From the NCBI GenBank assembly GCA_038131935.1, contig JAYPQH010000018.1:173528-237527 (forward strand): a stretch of 64,000 nucleotides of DNA, written 5' to 3'. This stretch comes from Alphaproteobacteria bacterium (GTDB lineage Bacteria; Pseudomonadota; Alphaproteobacteria; UBA8317). A program made the position numbers and the translations under genes. The notes beneath the pieces were generated by a model, which was not told the DNA's origin, did not search any database, and saw only the letters and a list, made by a program, of their open reading frames with translations. Below are positions 23,413-33,935 of the stretch, piece by piece; position 1 is the stretch's first letter, and every line of letters starts with the position of its first letter.

Positions 23413-24212
23413 AGGCTTTTGCCCAAGTCTTTCTCAGTAATGTTTGCTGTTCCTCTGCGTCGGGTGAGCAACCAAACCATTCCAGCCATGTCAAAAAGAG
23501 AGACCAACAAGCGATCCAGCGTACCATATTTGGATCGCCCATGTTGGCGTGGACGATGGGAAACGTTTCGGTAGGCCACCTCAAAACCCTCCCGCAACAT
23601 CAATGCGGGCAAAAACCGATGCTGATGATCAAAAAATGGCAAGGCCAAATACGCCTCCCGACGAAACGCTTTGAGTCCGCAGCCAGTATCCCGGCATCCA
23701 TCTTGTAACAAAGCGGCACGCAGTTTGTTGGCAAAAGCTGATGACCAGGTTTTGATCCATTGATCCTGGCGACCCACCCGTTGGCCTGCCACCATACCAA
23801 CCCATCGCCCTCGGGGTGCTGTCTCCAAATCTACCACCAATCTTGGAATATCTGCAGGGTTGTTTTGACCGTCACCATCCAACGTAACCATGATATGCCC
23901 ATAAGCTGCATGAACCCCTGTGCGGATGGCGGCTGATTGACCACAGGCTGTTGCATGTTGGATCAACCTTACATGGCCTTGGGCTGCGCGGCTCGTGACT
24001 TCTTGGGCGGTTGCATCTGTGGACCCATCATCCACGACAATGACCTCCATGTCGCGCCCCTCAAGGGCTGCCAATATTTCGTCGATCAAGGGGCCGATAT
24101 TGCCTTGCTCATTATGGGCCGGAATGACCACCGAGATATGCCGTGTCTCACCGTCTGATACTAAAGGCAAAAAAGAGGGGGTAATAGGAGTTTTTCTCGG
24201 TTTGGCTGTCAT
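23409..24212 (-). CDS. GT2 polyprenol-phosphate glycosyltransferase (DPM1/ArnC/RgtE-like)
   Basis: VVIPAHNE, VDDGSTD, TLDGDGQN.PADIP, DTGCGLK and HRFLPAL motifs. Confidence 0.9.
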   Translation of the reverse strand: MTAKPRKTPITPSFLPLVSDGETRHISVVIPAHNEQGNIGPLIDEILAALEGRDMEVIVVDDGSTDATAQEVTSRAAQGHVRLIQHATACGQSAAIRTGVHAAYGHIMVTLDGDGQNNPADIPRLVVDLETAPRGRWVGMVAGQRVGRQDQWIKTWSSAFANKLRAALLQDGCRDTGCGLKAFRREAYLALPFFDHQHRFLPALMLREGFEVAYRNVSHRPRQHGRSKYGTLDRLLVSLFDMAGMVWLLTRRRGTANITEKDLGKSL

Positions 24213-24419
24213 TCTTCACCTTTTTGTCCAAATCGACCGATTGGGTTGGTCGCCGATATTTGAAGCTCTCCTATCACATGTTTGTCCATCAGGCACCAGT
24301 CCTGACAATTCTTTGAGAAGGGATGCCCTTAACAAACATCTGGCCAAAGCGATCACACCGCAAGAAGATCTTCTGTTGGAATCTTTGTCTTCCAGCTGGA
24401 ATGCTTAGCCTTGGACATC

Positions 24420-26024
24420 TTAACGGACACACCAAGCTTGCAGATGGACCTTTTTGCCTCCGTTGAGGTTCAAACCTTTGATCACGGTACCATCCAATAG
24501 CTGCATATTGTTTGTGGCCATGAAGCCTTGGGGTAGGTTTTCCATATTCACGAATGCCAAACCTTTAAATTGAGAGAGTTCTTGCATGGAGAGTTTGGCT
24601 GTATCGGTTCCCAAAAGGAATATGGCACTGGGTTCATAATAGCCCATCAGGCCTACAGGCCCGGGGCAAAATAATGACATGTCCTCGCGGGCCTCAGCTA
24701 TCTGTGGCGCCAACCATAAAGGGTCCAAGCGTGGTCCCCATAAATGCAGCACGCAAGCTTGAACCAACCAAGATAAGCCCAACAACATGATGACCGCTCG
24801 ACTTTTGAGATGGCGCATCATGATAAAACTTACCACCCCCAGCAAGATAACCAAAACCGAGACAGTCATCAGCGGCCAAAGAGGGTCAAGAGCCCAAACC
24901 ATGGTCGCCCCAAGCATGCTGGCACCTATCACAACAGGAGGCAGCGCTACGATAAGGCGTGGCCCCAAGCCCGCCAAGCTAGGGCTCAACCTTCCCGATA
25001 CCGCAGCAAGGGCCAATGCCAAGGCGGGATAGGCGGGCAATGTGTAATGGGGCAATTTGGTCGCCACGAGTTCAAAAACCAAAAACACAGACAAAAACCA
25101 TGCCACGCAAAAAGGCGCAAAGGGTTCATGGCGCCAAACCTGAAACCGCCTTATCAGGCTTGGTACAAAAGCGGTCATTGGCCAGGCCAGAAGACCAAGA
25201 GCCAGGATATGCACACCAGGTGGTGCCCCATGACGCTCGGCGGCTTGCGCAATTTTTCCACCCAAATCTTTGCCAAGGCTTTCGGCAAAAAACGCCCCAC
25301 CTGTTTTGATGGTGATGGCCATGTACCAAGGTGCGCTCAGGCCCAAACAAACCAATGGTCCCCACCATACCCATAAAGGCTTTAACCAACGAAGCTCCCC
25401 ACGGTAGAGACTCAGCAACAAAATGGTTCCCACCACAGGGATAAAAATCACAGGCCCCTTCGTCAGAAGCCCCAACCCAAGACCTGCGTAGAACAAAAAG
25501 CGATAGGGCTTTTGCCTGACCCAAATTTGCGCCACGGCCAACATGGACATGAGAATGCTAAGCAATAAAAGGCTGTCAGATTTGGCCAACCGAGCCTCAA
25601 CCCCCACCAACAAAAAGGACGCCAACATAAGCCCTGCCATCAAACCGGCACGTGGGCCTGCGAGGACCGCCCCCATTTTGGCGGTCAGCAACAAACTGAT
25701 GACCATAAAGAGCCATGAAGGTGCGCGGTAGGCCCCTATCTCATCCATCAGGTCATCACCCAACATCCCCACCATTGCGGCTTGGGCCCAATAGGTGGCC
25801 ACAGGCTTTTTATGCCGCGGCTCTTGTTGGAAACGGATATCGACAACATCACCGGTTTCGAGCATTTGCTTACTGGCTTGGGCAAAACGTGGTTCATCAC
25901 GATCAATGGGCGGCATCACCCAGATCCCTGGCAAGAACATCAACGTCCCCACCAAGACCAACATGAGGATACGCCTCCATCCCAGAGACGATCCAACATC
26001 ATGGTGAAGACCTGGATGCGGCAT
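24420..26024 (-). CDS. second ArnT-family (GT-C) membrane glycosyltransferase
   Basis: DRDEPRFAQASKQM, R.KKP, LTKGP and TKLPHY.LP.YP motifs; start uncertain (26024 or 26102). Confidence 0.88.
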   Translation of the reverse strand: MPHPGLHHDVGSSLGWRRILMLVLVGTLMFLPGIWVMPPIDRDEPRFAQASKQMLETGDVVDIRFQQEPRHKKPVATYWAQAAMVGMLGDDLMDEIGAYRAPSWLFMVISLLLTAKMGAVLAGPRAGLMAGLMLASFLLVGVEARLAKSDSLLLLSILMSMLAVAQIWVRQKPYRFLFYAGLGLGLLTKGPVIFIPVVGTILLLSLYRGELRWLKPLWVWWGPLVCLGLSAPWYMAITIKTGGAFFAESLGKDLGGKIAQAAERHGAPPGVHILALGLLAWPMTAFVPSLIRRFQVWRHEPFAPFCVAWFLSVFLVFELVATKLPHYTLPAYPALALALAAVSGRLSPSLAGLGPRLIVALPPVVIGASMLGATMVWALDPLWPLMTVSVLVILLGVVSFIMMRHLKSRAVIMLLGLSWLVQACVLHLWGPRLDPLWLAPQIAEAREDMSLFCPGPVGLMGYYEPSAIFLLGTDTAKLSMQELSQFKGLAFVNMENLPQGFMATNNMQLLDGTVIKGLNLNGGKKVHLQAWCVR

Positions 26025-26298
26025 GGCAAAACCTTCTTTCTTCCAAAATCCTGTTCCAGAAAGGGAAGAAAACAGGACTTGATCATCAACGCTTACCTCC
26101 ATGCCACCAGAGGCTTTGTTTTGGCAAATCCTAAAAGGATGCCTTAGATAGGTAAAACAAACCGCAGGCTTAAGAGCCTCTCAGCAAATCACTTGGGGTA
26201 TCTTTTTTGAACATCCCATTTTACCAACGCGTTTGAACGTGAAAGCTAATCTTTAAAAAAACCTTCTACCAAGGTGAGAAGAAGGCTTGAGTACCCAT

Positions 26299-26381
26299 GT
26301 CTTTTGCCGCGCCTTTTGCCCTGGTCTTTTGCCGCGCCTTTTGACCATCCCTCATTGACTGGGCCTTATTGACTGGGCCTT
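26299..26381. repeat. intergenic tandem repeats (25-bp unit x2, then 14-bp unit x2)
   Basis: gtcttttgccgcgccttttg twice; attgactgggcctt twice. Confidence 0.8.
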
Positions 26382-26609
26382 TTGCACCTATTTGATGATG
26401 TGGGGTGAACTCTTCACCCAAGAAAGCCAAAAGGTGATGTGTCATCATAGATTGCTGATACTAACATGAAGAAAAATCAATCAATTTTCCTTTTGCACGA
26501 GGTCAAGTCTTGATAAAATCATTATCCAAGAGGATAACCTTGAGGGACTGGCATCGGCGAACAAAATACCCCATAGTTTGCCACGTTGGGAAACATGAAT
26601 GAGGATGAC

Positions 26610-27488
26610 ATGATGGAAATCAAGACAATTGGTGTGGTTGGCGCAGGTCAAATGGGCAACGGGATTGCGCATGTATGTGCCATCTCAGGTTATCAAGTGA
26701 TACTCAATGATATTGATCAAGAACGCCTCGATGCGGCCCAACATACCATTTTGAAAAATCTTGAACGTCAGGAGCGTCGGGGGCAAATAGGACCTGATCA
26801 AGCGCAAATGGCCATGGCCCGTATTGAGCGCAGCACCGCCATAGACGCCTTGAAGCCATGTGATTTGGTCATTGAATCCGCAACAGAAAATGAAGCGCTG
26901 AAAACAAAAATTTTCTCAAGCATTTGTGAGGTCATCCAAGACCATACATTGTTGGCCTCCAACACCTCTTCTTTATCCATCACACGTCTTGCCTCCCGGA
27001 CAGATCGCCCAGAACGTTTTATGGGCTTGCACTTCATGAACCCTGTACCTGTCATGAAATTGGTGGAATTGATCCGTGGTATTGCCACGGATGAAACCAC
27101 CTTTGAGATCATGAAGGATTTGGTCTCCAAACTGGATAAGACAGCGGCTGTTGCCGAAGATTTCCCGGCCTTTATCGTGAACCGTATTTTGCTGCCCATG
27201 ATCAATGAAGCCATTTATACCTTGTATGAGGGCGTGGGTTCTGTAGAATCTATTGATACCGCCATGAAATTAGGGGCCAATCATCCCATGGGCCCCCTAC
27301 AATTGGCAGACTTTATTGGGCTAGATACCTGTTTGTCCGTGATGCATGTGCTTCATGAGGGTTTGGCAGATACCAAATACCGCCCTTGTCCCTTACTTGT
27401 AAAATATGTTGATGCAGGTTGGTACGGACGCAAGTCAGGCCGCGGCTTTTATGATTACCGCGGTGAGAGCCCCGTACCCACACGCTAA
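26610..27488 (+). CDS. hbd: 3-hydroxybutyryl-CoA dehydrogenase
   Basis: GAGQMGNGIA, SNTSS, HFMNPVP and HPMGPL.LADFIGLD motifs; GAGGA upstream of ATG 26610. Confidence 0.94.
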   Translation: MMEIKTIGVVGAGQMGNGIAHVCAISGYQVILNDIDQERLDAAQHTILKNLERQERRGQIGPDQAQMAMARIERSTAIDALKPCDLVIESATENEALKTKIFSSICEVIQDHTLLASNTSSLSITRLASRTDRPERFMGLHFMNPVPVMKLVELIRGIATDETTFEIMKDLVSKLDKTAAVAEDFPAFIVNRILLPMINEAIYTLYEGVGSVESIDTAMKLGANHPMGPLQLADFIGLDTCLSVMHVLHEGLADTKYRPCPLLVKYVDAGWYGRKSGRGFYDYRGESPVPTR

Positions 27489-27533
27489 CCACGAAAAAAA
27501 CGGTTCCATAACAAAGCTGCCAAAAGGGCCAAC

Positions 27534-28574
27534 ATGCGGATATTGTTTGATGTGACAGCCCATGGTTTTGGTCATTTGGCCATCTGTGCGGCCGTGATCA
27601 AAGCCATTTGGCATCAATTCCCCAACATCCAAATCATGTTGGGTTATGACCTTAAGAAAAAGGCAGACCTTGATCATTTCTTTGATGGGGATGAACAAAT
27701 GCTCCTGCGTCATGTGGAAGGCCCCTTTGACCTTGGCATACCCATGCATGGGGCCTTTGGCGTCGATCATCAAAGGACCAAACAGGTCTATGATGAGGCC
27801 CTTGGTCAAATGGCATCGCATTTGGACGATGAACGCCGCAGGCTAACGCGCCTGAAACCAGATCTCTTGGTCGCAAGTATTTCTCCATGGTCCCTTGCCG
27901 CAGGACATTCCCTATCGATTCCCACGGTTGCATTTTCCTCCGTTGAATGGTCCCAGCAACTTCAAACCATGGGGTTGGCATCTCAGGCCTCAGAACTCCG
28001 CAATCTTTATGCCCATGCAGATTTTATGGTGGGCACCACACCTCATGCATGCCCAACCGATATCACCCAAATGAAGACAATTCCTCCGATTGGACGAAAA
28101 AGCGAGGCAAACCATCATCAAATTAGGAGCCAATTGGGCGTGCAAAAACCATTGGCGGTTTTGGTAACTTTTGGTGGATGGGAGGGATCAGATCCTGAAA
28201 GTTGGAAGCTTTGTAAAGATGCACCCATTGAATTGTTTACACCACGCATGCTCAGGGCATCTGGGGTAAGTTTTCTTGGGGGTTTGGCCGCCATGGATGC
28301 GGTGGTAACCAAACCAGGCTATGGCACCTATGTGGAAGCCTTAATCCATGGGAAACCCATCATCAGCATGCCTCGGCATGATTGGTGGGAAGCACAATGT
28401 CTTGATGCTTTTGCCCAAGCCCATCAGGGTTTGATAAAATTTGAACCACGCTTTTTGGAAGAACCCCATGCCTTGGCAGACGCCATAAGCGCAACAAACC
28501 CTACGCCTATAAAGGCTGAGGGCGACAACGTCATGGCCAATTGGCTGCACGAGGTGATCATGGCGCGTACTTAA
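27534..28574 (+). CDS. GT-B fold glycosyltransferase-like protein
   Basis: N-terminal HGFGH, VLVTFGG and C-terminal DAVVTKPGYGT..EA motifs. Confidence 0.7.
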   Translation: MRILFDVTAHGFGHLAICAAVIKAIWHQFPNIQIMLGYDLKKKADLDHFFDGDEQMLLRHVEGPFDLGIPMHGAFGVDHQRTKQVYDEALGQMASHLDDERRRLTRLKPDLLVASISPWSLAAGHSLSIPTVAFSSVEWSQQLQTMGLASQASELRNLYAHADFMVGTTPHACPTDITQMKTIPPIGRKSEANHHQIRSQLGVQKPLAVLVTFGGWEGSDPESWKLCKDAPIELFTPRMLRASGVSFLGGLAAMDAVVTKPGYGTYVEALIHGKPIISMPRHDWWEAQCLDAFAQAHQGLIKFEPRFLEEPHALADAISATNPTPIKAEGDNVMANWLHEVIMART

Positions 28575-29797
28575 CGGGCCCCCCGGCCAGATAACATAAC
28601 GATGATGGTTTTCATGACGACGACCAAGTCCAACCAGATGGTCAAATTTTTGATATAATAAAGATCATAACGGACCTTTTCGGTGACCGCTTCCACACCT
28701 GCTGCATAGCCTTGGTTTACCTGTGCCCAACCAGAAATTCCTGGTCTGACCATGTGACGGATTCGAAACAATGGCACATCACGGCAATACCATTTGGCAA
28801 GCGTCATGGATTCTGGACGTGGCCCAATAAAACTCATGTCCCCGCGCAAGATATTGAGCAATTGTGGCAATTCATCCAGGCGTGTTTTGCGCAAAAAGCG
28901 CCCCACTTTTGTGATCCTTTGCTCATCTGCATGCTCCGTGAAACCTTTGCCTTCATGAGATACGGACATTGACCGGAATTTAAACATCCAAAAGGCTTTG
29001 CCACGGTATCCCATTCTTTGCTGCACAAAGAGAATAGGTCCTGGAGAATCCAACCGAATGGCCAATGCGATCCAAGGTGCAAGCAGAAGTGCGGGAACAC
29101 CTAGAAGAAGCGAAAAAAGCAAATCAAAACCTCGTTTGACATGCAAATACCCCCAACCACGATCAAGGGAGATATTGCGCAATGTCGGGATTTTGGTAAC
29201 CGGTATTTTGCCCTCAAGATCTTCCAACAATTCCGTTAAGCCCACATAGGGCAGCTGGGTGGACAACATCGCACGTTGCAACTCGAGCCCTTTATCTGTG
29301 GAAAACTCTGAGAAACGCCCCACCACAGCATCGGGTTTGACCTTGAGTGCGCGCAATTGCTGCCAATGATCGATTGTCTCTACATCACAAAAAGGCTCCA
29401 AATGAGATACCAATCCAGGGTCTAACACCGCCACCTTAAGCCTTGGGGAGTCAATCCGAGCGAGCAAGAGCATCATGCCTACACCAAAAAAGATCACCGA
29501 CAAGGCAACCTGACCAACATCATAGGGCCAGCGGACCAACAACACGAAGATCAACGCCAGGACAAGAATACTTACATAAATGGCCGGAAAAATCGTCTCG
29601 AGATGAATGGTAGGAAGCCTACGCATACGACTGAGCAGCACGAGTGTGCTGAAACCACTGACAAGATGAACCAAGGCCACCGCCATCGAGGCGTCATCCT
29701 GCGGGGGTAACCCCGAGGGTGAGGCACCCAACAAAGCGAAAGGCAGGGATGTGCTCAGCAGAAGAACCAACAGAGAGAGGAAACGAAGATGACTCAT
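28571..29797 (-). CDS. WcaJ/WbaP-family polyprenyl-phosphate sugar phosphotransferase
   Basis: KRGFD, KFRSM, RITKVGRFLRKTRLDELPQ, GDMSFIGPRPE and PGISGWAQV motifs. Confidence 0.92.
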   Translation of the reverse strand: MSHLRFLSLLVLLLSTSLPFALLGASPSGLPPQDDASMAVALVHLVSGFSTLVLLSRMRRLPTIHLETIFPAIYVSILVLALIFVLLVRWPYDVGQVALSVIFFGVGMMLLLARIDSPRLKVAVLDPGLVSHLEPFCDVETIDHWQQLRALKVKPDAVVGRFSEFSTDKGLELQRAMLSTQLPYVGLTELLEDLEGKIPVTKIPTLRNISLDRGWGYLHVKRGFDLLFSLLLGVPALLLAPWIALAIRLDSPGPILFVQQRMGYRGKAFWMFKFRSMSVSHEGKGFTEHADEQRITKVGRFLRKTRLDELPQLLNILRGDMSFIGPRPESMTLAKWYCRDVPLFRIRHMVRPGISGWAQVNQGYAAGVEAVTEKVRYDLYYIKNLTIWLDLVVVMKTIIVMLSGRGAR

Positions 29798-30000
29798 ACC
29801 GATTGTTTCGCTGTCTTCCGAGATACCATAAAATAAAGAGACAAGATTGATCGCAAAAAGAACCAATGCACCTCACCAAACCATAGCCATATGGGATTAG
29901 CCAGACAATGTCCATGAGCCGTTGGGTGAACAGCCTCAAAGCTTCACATGTTTCATAAAAATCCTTGGCAGCTTTTGCGGAACGCAGTACAGCATCCATT

Positions 30001-30603
30001 ATGTTCATGGATCTTCTTACCTTATGGCTGTTTATTCTTGCGACCTTGGCCACACCGGGCCCAGGAAACTTGCTGACCATGCAATTTGGCGTGGTGCTTG
30101 GGGTACGCAAGGCCATGATGTTTGTCTTGGGCACAACGACCACCTATAGCCTTGTTTCTTTTGTTGTGGGGGCAGGTTTGCCCTTGTTTTTTGAAGATCA
30201 TGGTGCGTATTTGCCCATCATGAAATTCGTCTCCGCCGCGGTCATGCTGGCGCTGCTTGCACAAGGCTATTGGGCCAGCCAATCAAACCCCACAGGTGAC
30301 ATGCCGCGTTTCCGTTTGACACCTGCTATGTTGTTGATCCAAGGCCTCATGGTTCCACCTTTAAACCCTAAGGCCTGGGCGATCTTGGTATTATGCTGGG
30401 CTGAATTTGGAACGCTTTATGATACAGCTTGGAAAAATCAGCTTTTTATCACGGGAAACATGCTGATTGCCAATGTGGTGATACAGTTTCATTATGCATC
30501 ATTAGGTTCTTATTTGGGAAAAAAAGCAGCCTTTGGACCCAAAGTACAATTGGGGATGACTGTGGCTACGGCACTTGCCATCATCATTCTGGTGCTGATG
30601 TAA
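30001..30603 (+). CDS. LysE-family translocator
   Basis: TPGPGN and LNPKAW motifs; hydrophobic, about 200 aa. Confidence 0.8.
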   Translation: MFMDLLTLWLFILATLATPGPGNLLTMQFGVVLGVRKAMMFVLGTTTTYSLVSFVVGAGLPLFFEDHGAYLPIMKFVSAAVMLALLAQGYWASQSNPTGDMPRFRLTPAMLLIQGLMVPPLNPKAWAILVLCWAEFGTLYDTAWKNQLFITGNMLIANVVIQFHYASLGSYLGKKAAFGPKVQLGMTVATALAIIILVLM

Positions 30604-30717
30604 TAGAACAAATTCAAGGGGCCTATAGATGATCTTTGAGACTGACGATGAGATAATCTGTTCCCCAACAGCATTTTTTGAATGTTTTGCCACGAATGAC
30701 AATATGAAGGACAACTT

Positions 30718-31577
30718 GTGAATTACAACCATCACTACCATGCGGGAAACTTTGCCGACTGCCTCAAACATGTCATTCTTTTTGCGGTACTTGCGTATTT
30801 TCGGGAGCGCAATAAGCCCTTTTTGGCGGTTGATGCCTTCGCAGGCGCGGGTCTTTATGATCTGGCAAGTCTGGAACCTCAAAAAACAGGCGAAAAGGAT
30901 GAAGGGATTTCATGCTGGTTCAAAAATCCACCCCAATCCGCATTGGTACGAGGGTTTTTCCAGCGCTTTCATCAATTATCGGGATCGGGCAAAGAGGTTT
31001 CTTTTTTACCCTGGATCGCCCATGTATTTTACCCATGGGCAAACCGCTGGCGAACGTTGCCTTTTGATGGAAACCCATCCGGACACCTCCATCAGGTTGC
31101 ACAACAGGCTTCCATCTACAAGCGTCTTGGGATGTCATTGAACAAGATGGGTATGCCACCACGCTCTCACGGCTTCCTGCCCCAGAAAAACGTGCCCTTC
31201 TGCTGATGGACCCGCCTTTTGAAAAGCCAGATGAGTTTCGTGCGCTCACGAAATTTACCTCGCACGCGCTCAAAAGGCAGGCCAATGCCACCGTGATTGT
31301 GTGGTACCCCATCAAAGACATCCCATCCAGCATGGCACTAGAGGAGACCGCCCGGGTTGAAGCCACAGAGAGCCTCATCGTCCATCTTGATATTGGTGAA
31401 GGACGAGGACTCCGTCGCTGCGGGGTGGTTGTCACCAACCCTCCTTTCACCTTGTTTGAGAACCTTGCCCAGTCCCGTGCTGATTTTGCCCATTTGGGCC
31501 GTGGGAAAGGATGCTTGAGCTTGAGCCTTTATGCCAAAACAGATGATGATCGGATGTCATTGCTTTTAAAAGCGTAA
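30718..31577 (+). CDS. rlmJ: 23S rRNA m6A2030 methyltransferase, two frameshifts (about 31005 and 31120)
   Basis: NY.H.YHAGNFAD..KH, YPGSP (second frame), DPPFE, WYPIK and NPP (third frame). Confidence 0.88.
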
Positions 31578-31744
31578 CCTCACAATGCAATCAGATGGAT
31601 GTTTTAAGAGCAATCGGCGGGATCCAAAACCAATGGGCCCCTTGGCAAACTTAAAAAGAATGCTTTGTCTTGTTTGCATGCAATGGGAAGGGTACATGCT
31701 GTTTGATGATTTAACCCCACATAGCTCCATGTTGAGGAACGGGC

Positions 31745-32020
31745 ATGCGTCTTGATAATTGGTTGATCAGGGCAAGGTTTTGCAAAACCAGGGCCCATGC
31801 TTGGAAGATCATGAGTGGCCCTGGGTTTCGTTTGAACGGCCGCATTGTCTCCAAAGCCCATACACGCGTGGACATTGATGATATCATCATCATGTATCTA
31901 GGACCCAATCTGTTCGAGATTACCATCAGCTTTTTGCCAGACCGCCGGGGTTCACCATCTGAGGCACGCACATGGTACCATTGCATCGACCTTCACACTG
32001 AGGCAGATAAGAATCCGTAA
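31745..32020 (+). CDS. S4-domain RNA-binding protein (Hsp15-like)
   Basis: MRLD.WL..ARF.KTR...RRG...EA..Y pattern. Confidence 0.82.
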   Translation: MRLDNWLIRARFCKTRAHAWKIMSGPGFRLNGRIVSKAHTRVDIDDIIIMYLGPNLFEITISFLPDRRGSPSEARTWYHCIDLHTEADKNP

Positions 32021-32035
32021 AGAAAGGGGAGATCA

Positions 32036-32482
32036 ATGTTCAAAAAACTCCAAGAATGGTTTCAACCTGTTGCCTCCAACCAAAGTGACGAAGAGAGCCA
32101 TGTCGTGGCCATCGCATCTCTTTTGTTGATGGCAGCAGACATGGATGGTTCAGAAGATGATGCGGAATTACATGTTATCCATGGCTTGTTGGCCCGAGAG
32201 TTTCCTGAACAATCTTCAGAAGTTTGGCTGGAAAAAGCACGTGAAGCGCTACAGCAACGCCATGATTTGGTGGGTTTCACCAAAACCTTAAAAGATCAAT
32301 TCGTCCCAGAAGAGCGCATGCAAATTATGGAAATGATATGGGAAGTGGTCTTAGCCGATGGCGTGGTTGATCCCATGGAAGATATGCTTGTGCGAAAGCT
32401 GGCTGGACTTTTATACATAACTGATCAAGAACGTGGTGTTGCACGTCAAAATGTGTTGGAACGAGTAAACAACGAAGGATGA
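32036..32482 (+). CDS. TerB-family protein
   Basis: A.MDG...E and WEVVLADG...E..LVRKLAGLL motifs. Confidence 0.8.
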   Translation: MFKKLQEWFQPVASNQSDEESHVVAIASLLLMAADMDGSEDDAELHVIHGLLAREFPEQSSEVWLEKAREALQQRHDLVGFTKTLKDQFVPEERMQIMEMIWEVVLADGVVDPMEDMLVRKLAGLLYITDQERGVARQNVLERVNNEG

Positions 32483-32485
32483 ACC

Positions 32486-32824
32486 ATGACATATGTTGTC
32501 ACCGATAACTGTATCCGCTGCAAATATATGGATTGCGTTGAGGTATGCCCCGTGGATTGCTTTTATGAGGGGGAGAATATGTTGATGATCCATCCCGACG
32601 AATGTATCGATTGCGGGGTTTGCGAGCCAGAATGTCCCGCTGAAGCCATCAAGCCAGACACGGATCCGGGGATGGATATTTGGGTGGAACGCAACCGTAC
32701 CTATTCTTTGCAATGGCCCAACATCATCGTGAAGGGTCATGCACCGGATGATGCAGAAGATTGGGATGGCAAGCCCAACAAATGGGAAGAGCAGTTTTCG
32801 GCAAAACCGGGTGAAGGCAAGTAA
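32486..32824 (+). CDS. fdxA: ferredoxin FdxA
   Basis: [18 protein letters not shown] and [12 protein letters not shown]. Confidence 0.95.
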   Translation: MTYVVTDNCIRCKYMDCVEVCPVDCFYEGENMLMIHPDECIDCGVCEPECPAEAIKPDTDPGMDIWVERNRTYSLQWPNIIVKGHAPDDAEDWDGKPNKWEEQFSAKPGEGK

Positions 32825-33025
32825 GATGAAGAGCACTTTTCTGTAGCGCTCAGGTTCTTCCACCAAAACATTTCAAAACATTCGCTCATCACAACAGGTT
32901 ATGGGTTTTCCCATAGCCCTTTGTCATGTTACGCCCTTCATCAAGAACCACAGGAAACCTCGTGATGAGGATTGGTGGTACAGTTGAAGCGTTGTGCAAA
33001 AGAGGCCTCGATAAGGATGACAGAC

Positions 33026-33631
33026 ATGATGACATCGATAAAAAAGATAACCATGCCATCAACCCCCACCCTCCTCAACGCTCAGAGAATGAAGGTTTAT
33101 TTGGCTATTGTTTTCGTCATGATGCTGGCGCTTTACCTTCACGTAAACCCTGCACATGCCCAAACCCAGAATGACGCAGCCCAAAACAATCCCTCCCAAG
33201 GCGCGCGCCCATCGGTAGAGGAACAAATCGGTGATTGGCGGTTTTTATGTTTTGGTGAAGGTTTGGAACGTGATTGTGGCGCCATCCAAATCCAAGTGAA
33301 TGAAAAAAAACAACGCGTGATGGAAGCCCGAATTATCCGTGTTAACAAAGATCAAATTGGCCTCTTGGTGATCTTACCCCTAGGGGTAAGGCTGCAAGCC
33401 GGGGTCGCTGTTGCGGTGGATGGCACCTATTTGGGCACCTTGCAATATAATGTCTGCACCCAAGATGGCTGCCAAGCCTTGGCGGTTTTAAATGAGCAGA
33501 ACGCAGAAATATTCCGCAAAGGAAGCCAAGCCGTGCTCACCATTGTGGCGGGAAAAAACAACAAGGTTGGAGTTCCGCTCTCCTTAAAAGGTTTTACAAA
33601 GTCAGAAAGCAGGGTTCGCACGTCTTTATGA
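33026..33631 (+). CDS. invasion-associated locus B (IalB) family exported protein
   Basis: Signal peptide (AHA-Q), GDW...C, LPLGV.L..G, C...GC and SLKGF motifs; start uncertain. Confidence 0.8.
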   Translation: MMTSIKKITMPSTPTLLNAQRMKVYLAIVFVMMLALYLHVNPAHAQTQNDAAQNNPSQGARPSVEEQIGDWRFLCFGEGLERDCGAIQIQVNEKKQRVMEARIIRVNKDQIGLLVILPLGVRLQAGVAVAVDGTYLGTLQYNVCTQDGCQALAVLNEQNAEIFRKGSQAVLTIVAGKNNKVGVPLSLKGFTKSESRVRTSL

Positions 33632-33885
33632 TGACATCATCTGCATGAGGTAAGGCAGCGCTTAACAAGAATGCTTCTTAAACAGATGCCTGTAAAAAGA
33701 TCCTGTGAAAAAACCAACAGACAAAGTGAATGAAGACCACGAGCAAACCAAAGACTTCGGCTTCAGCCATATGGAAAAGCTACATCCATCAACGAAATGC
33801 GTGGGCCCAACTTCACCACATTTCAAACCCAGATGGGGCTTTACCATGTTGCCCCTCACGATCCCCTGTCATTGATGCAATCGCT

Positions 33886-33921
33886 GGGATCTGAGTCTAA
33901 AATCTGAGGTTGGGATCTGAA
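33886..33921. repeat. 13-bp-period imperfect tandem repeat (ATCTGA core x3)
   Basis: gggatctgag / aaatctgagg / gggatctgaa. Confidence 0.55.
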
Positions 33922-33935
33922 ACTTTGTTTGTCAG

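Noticed and set aside
32036-32482. TerB gene as part of an anti-phage or tellurite-resistance system
   Set aside because: Stand-alone TerB among housekeeping genes with no ter operon or defence partners.
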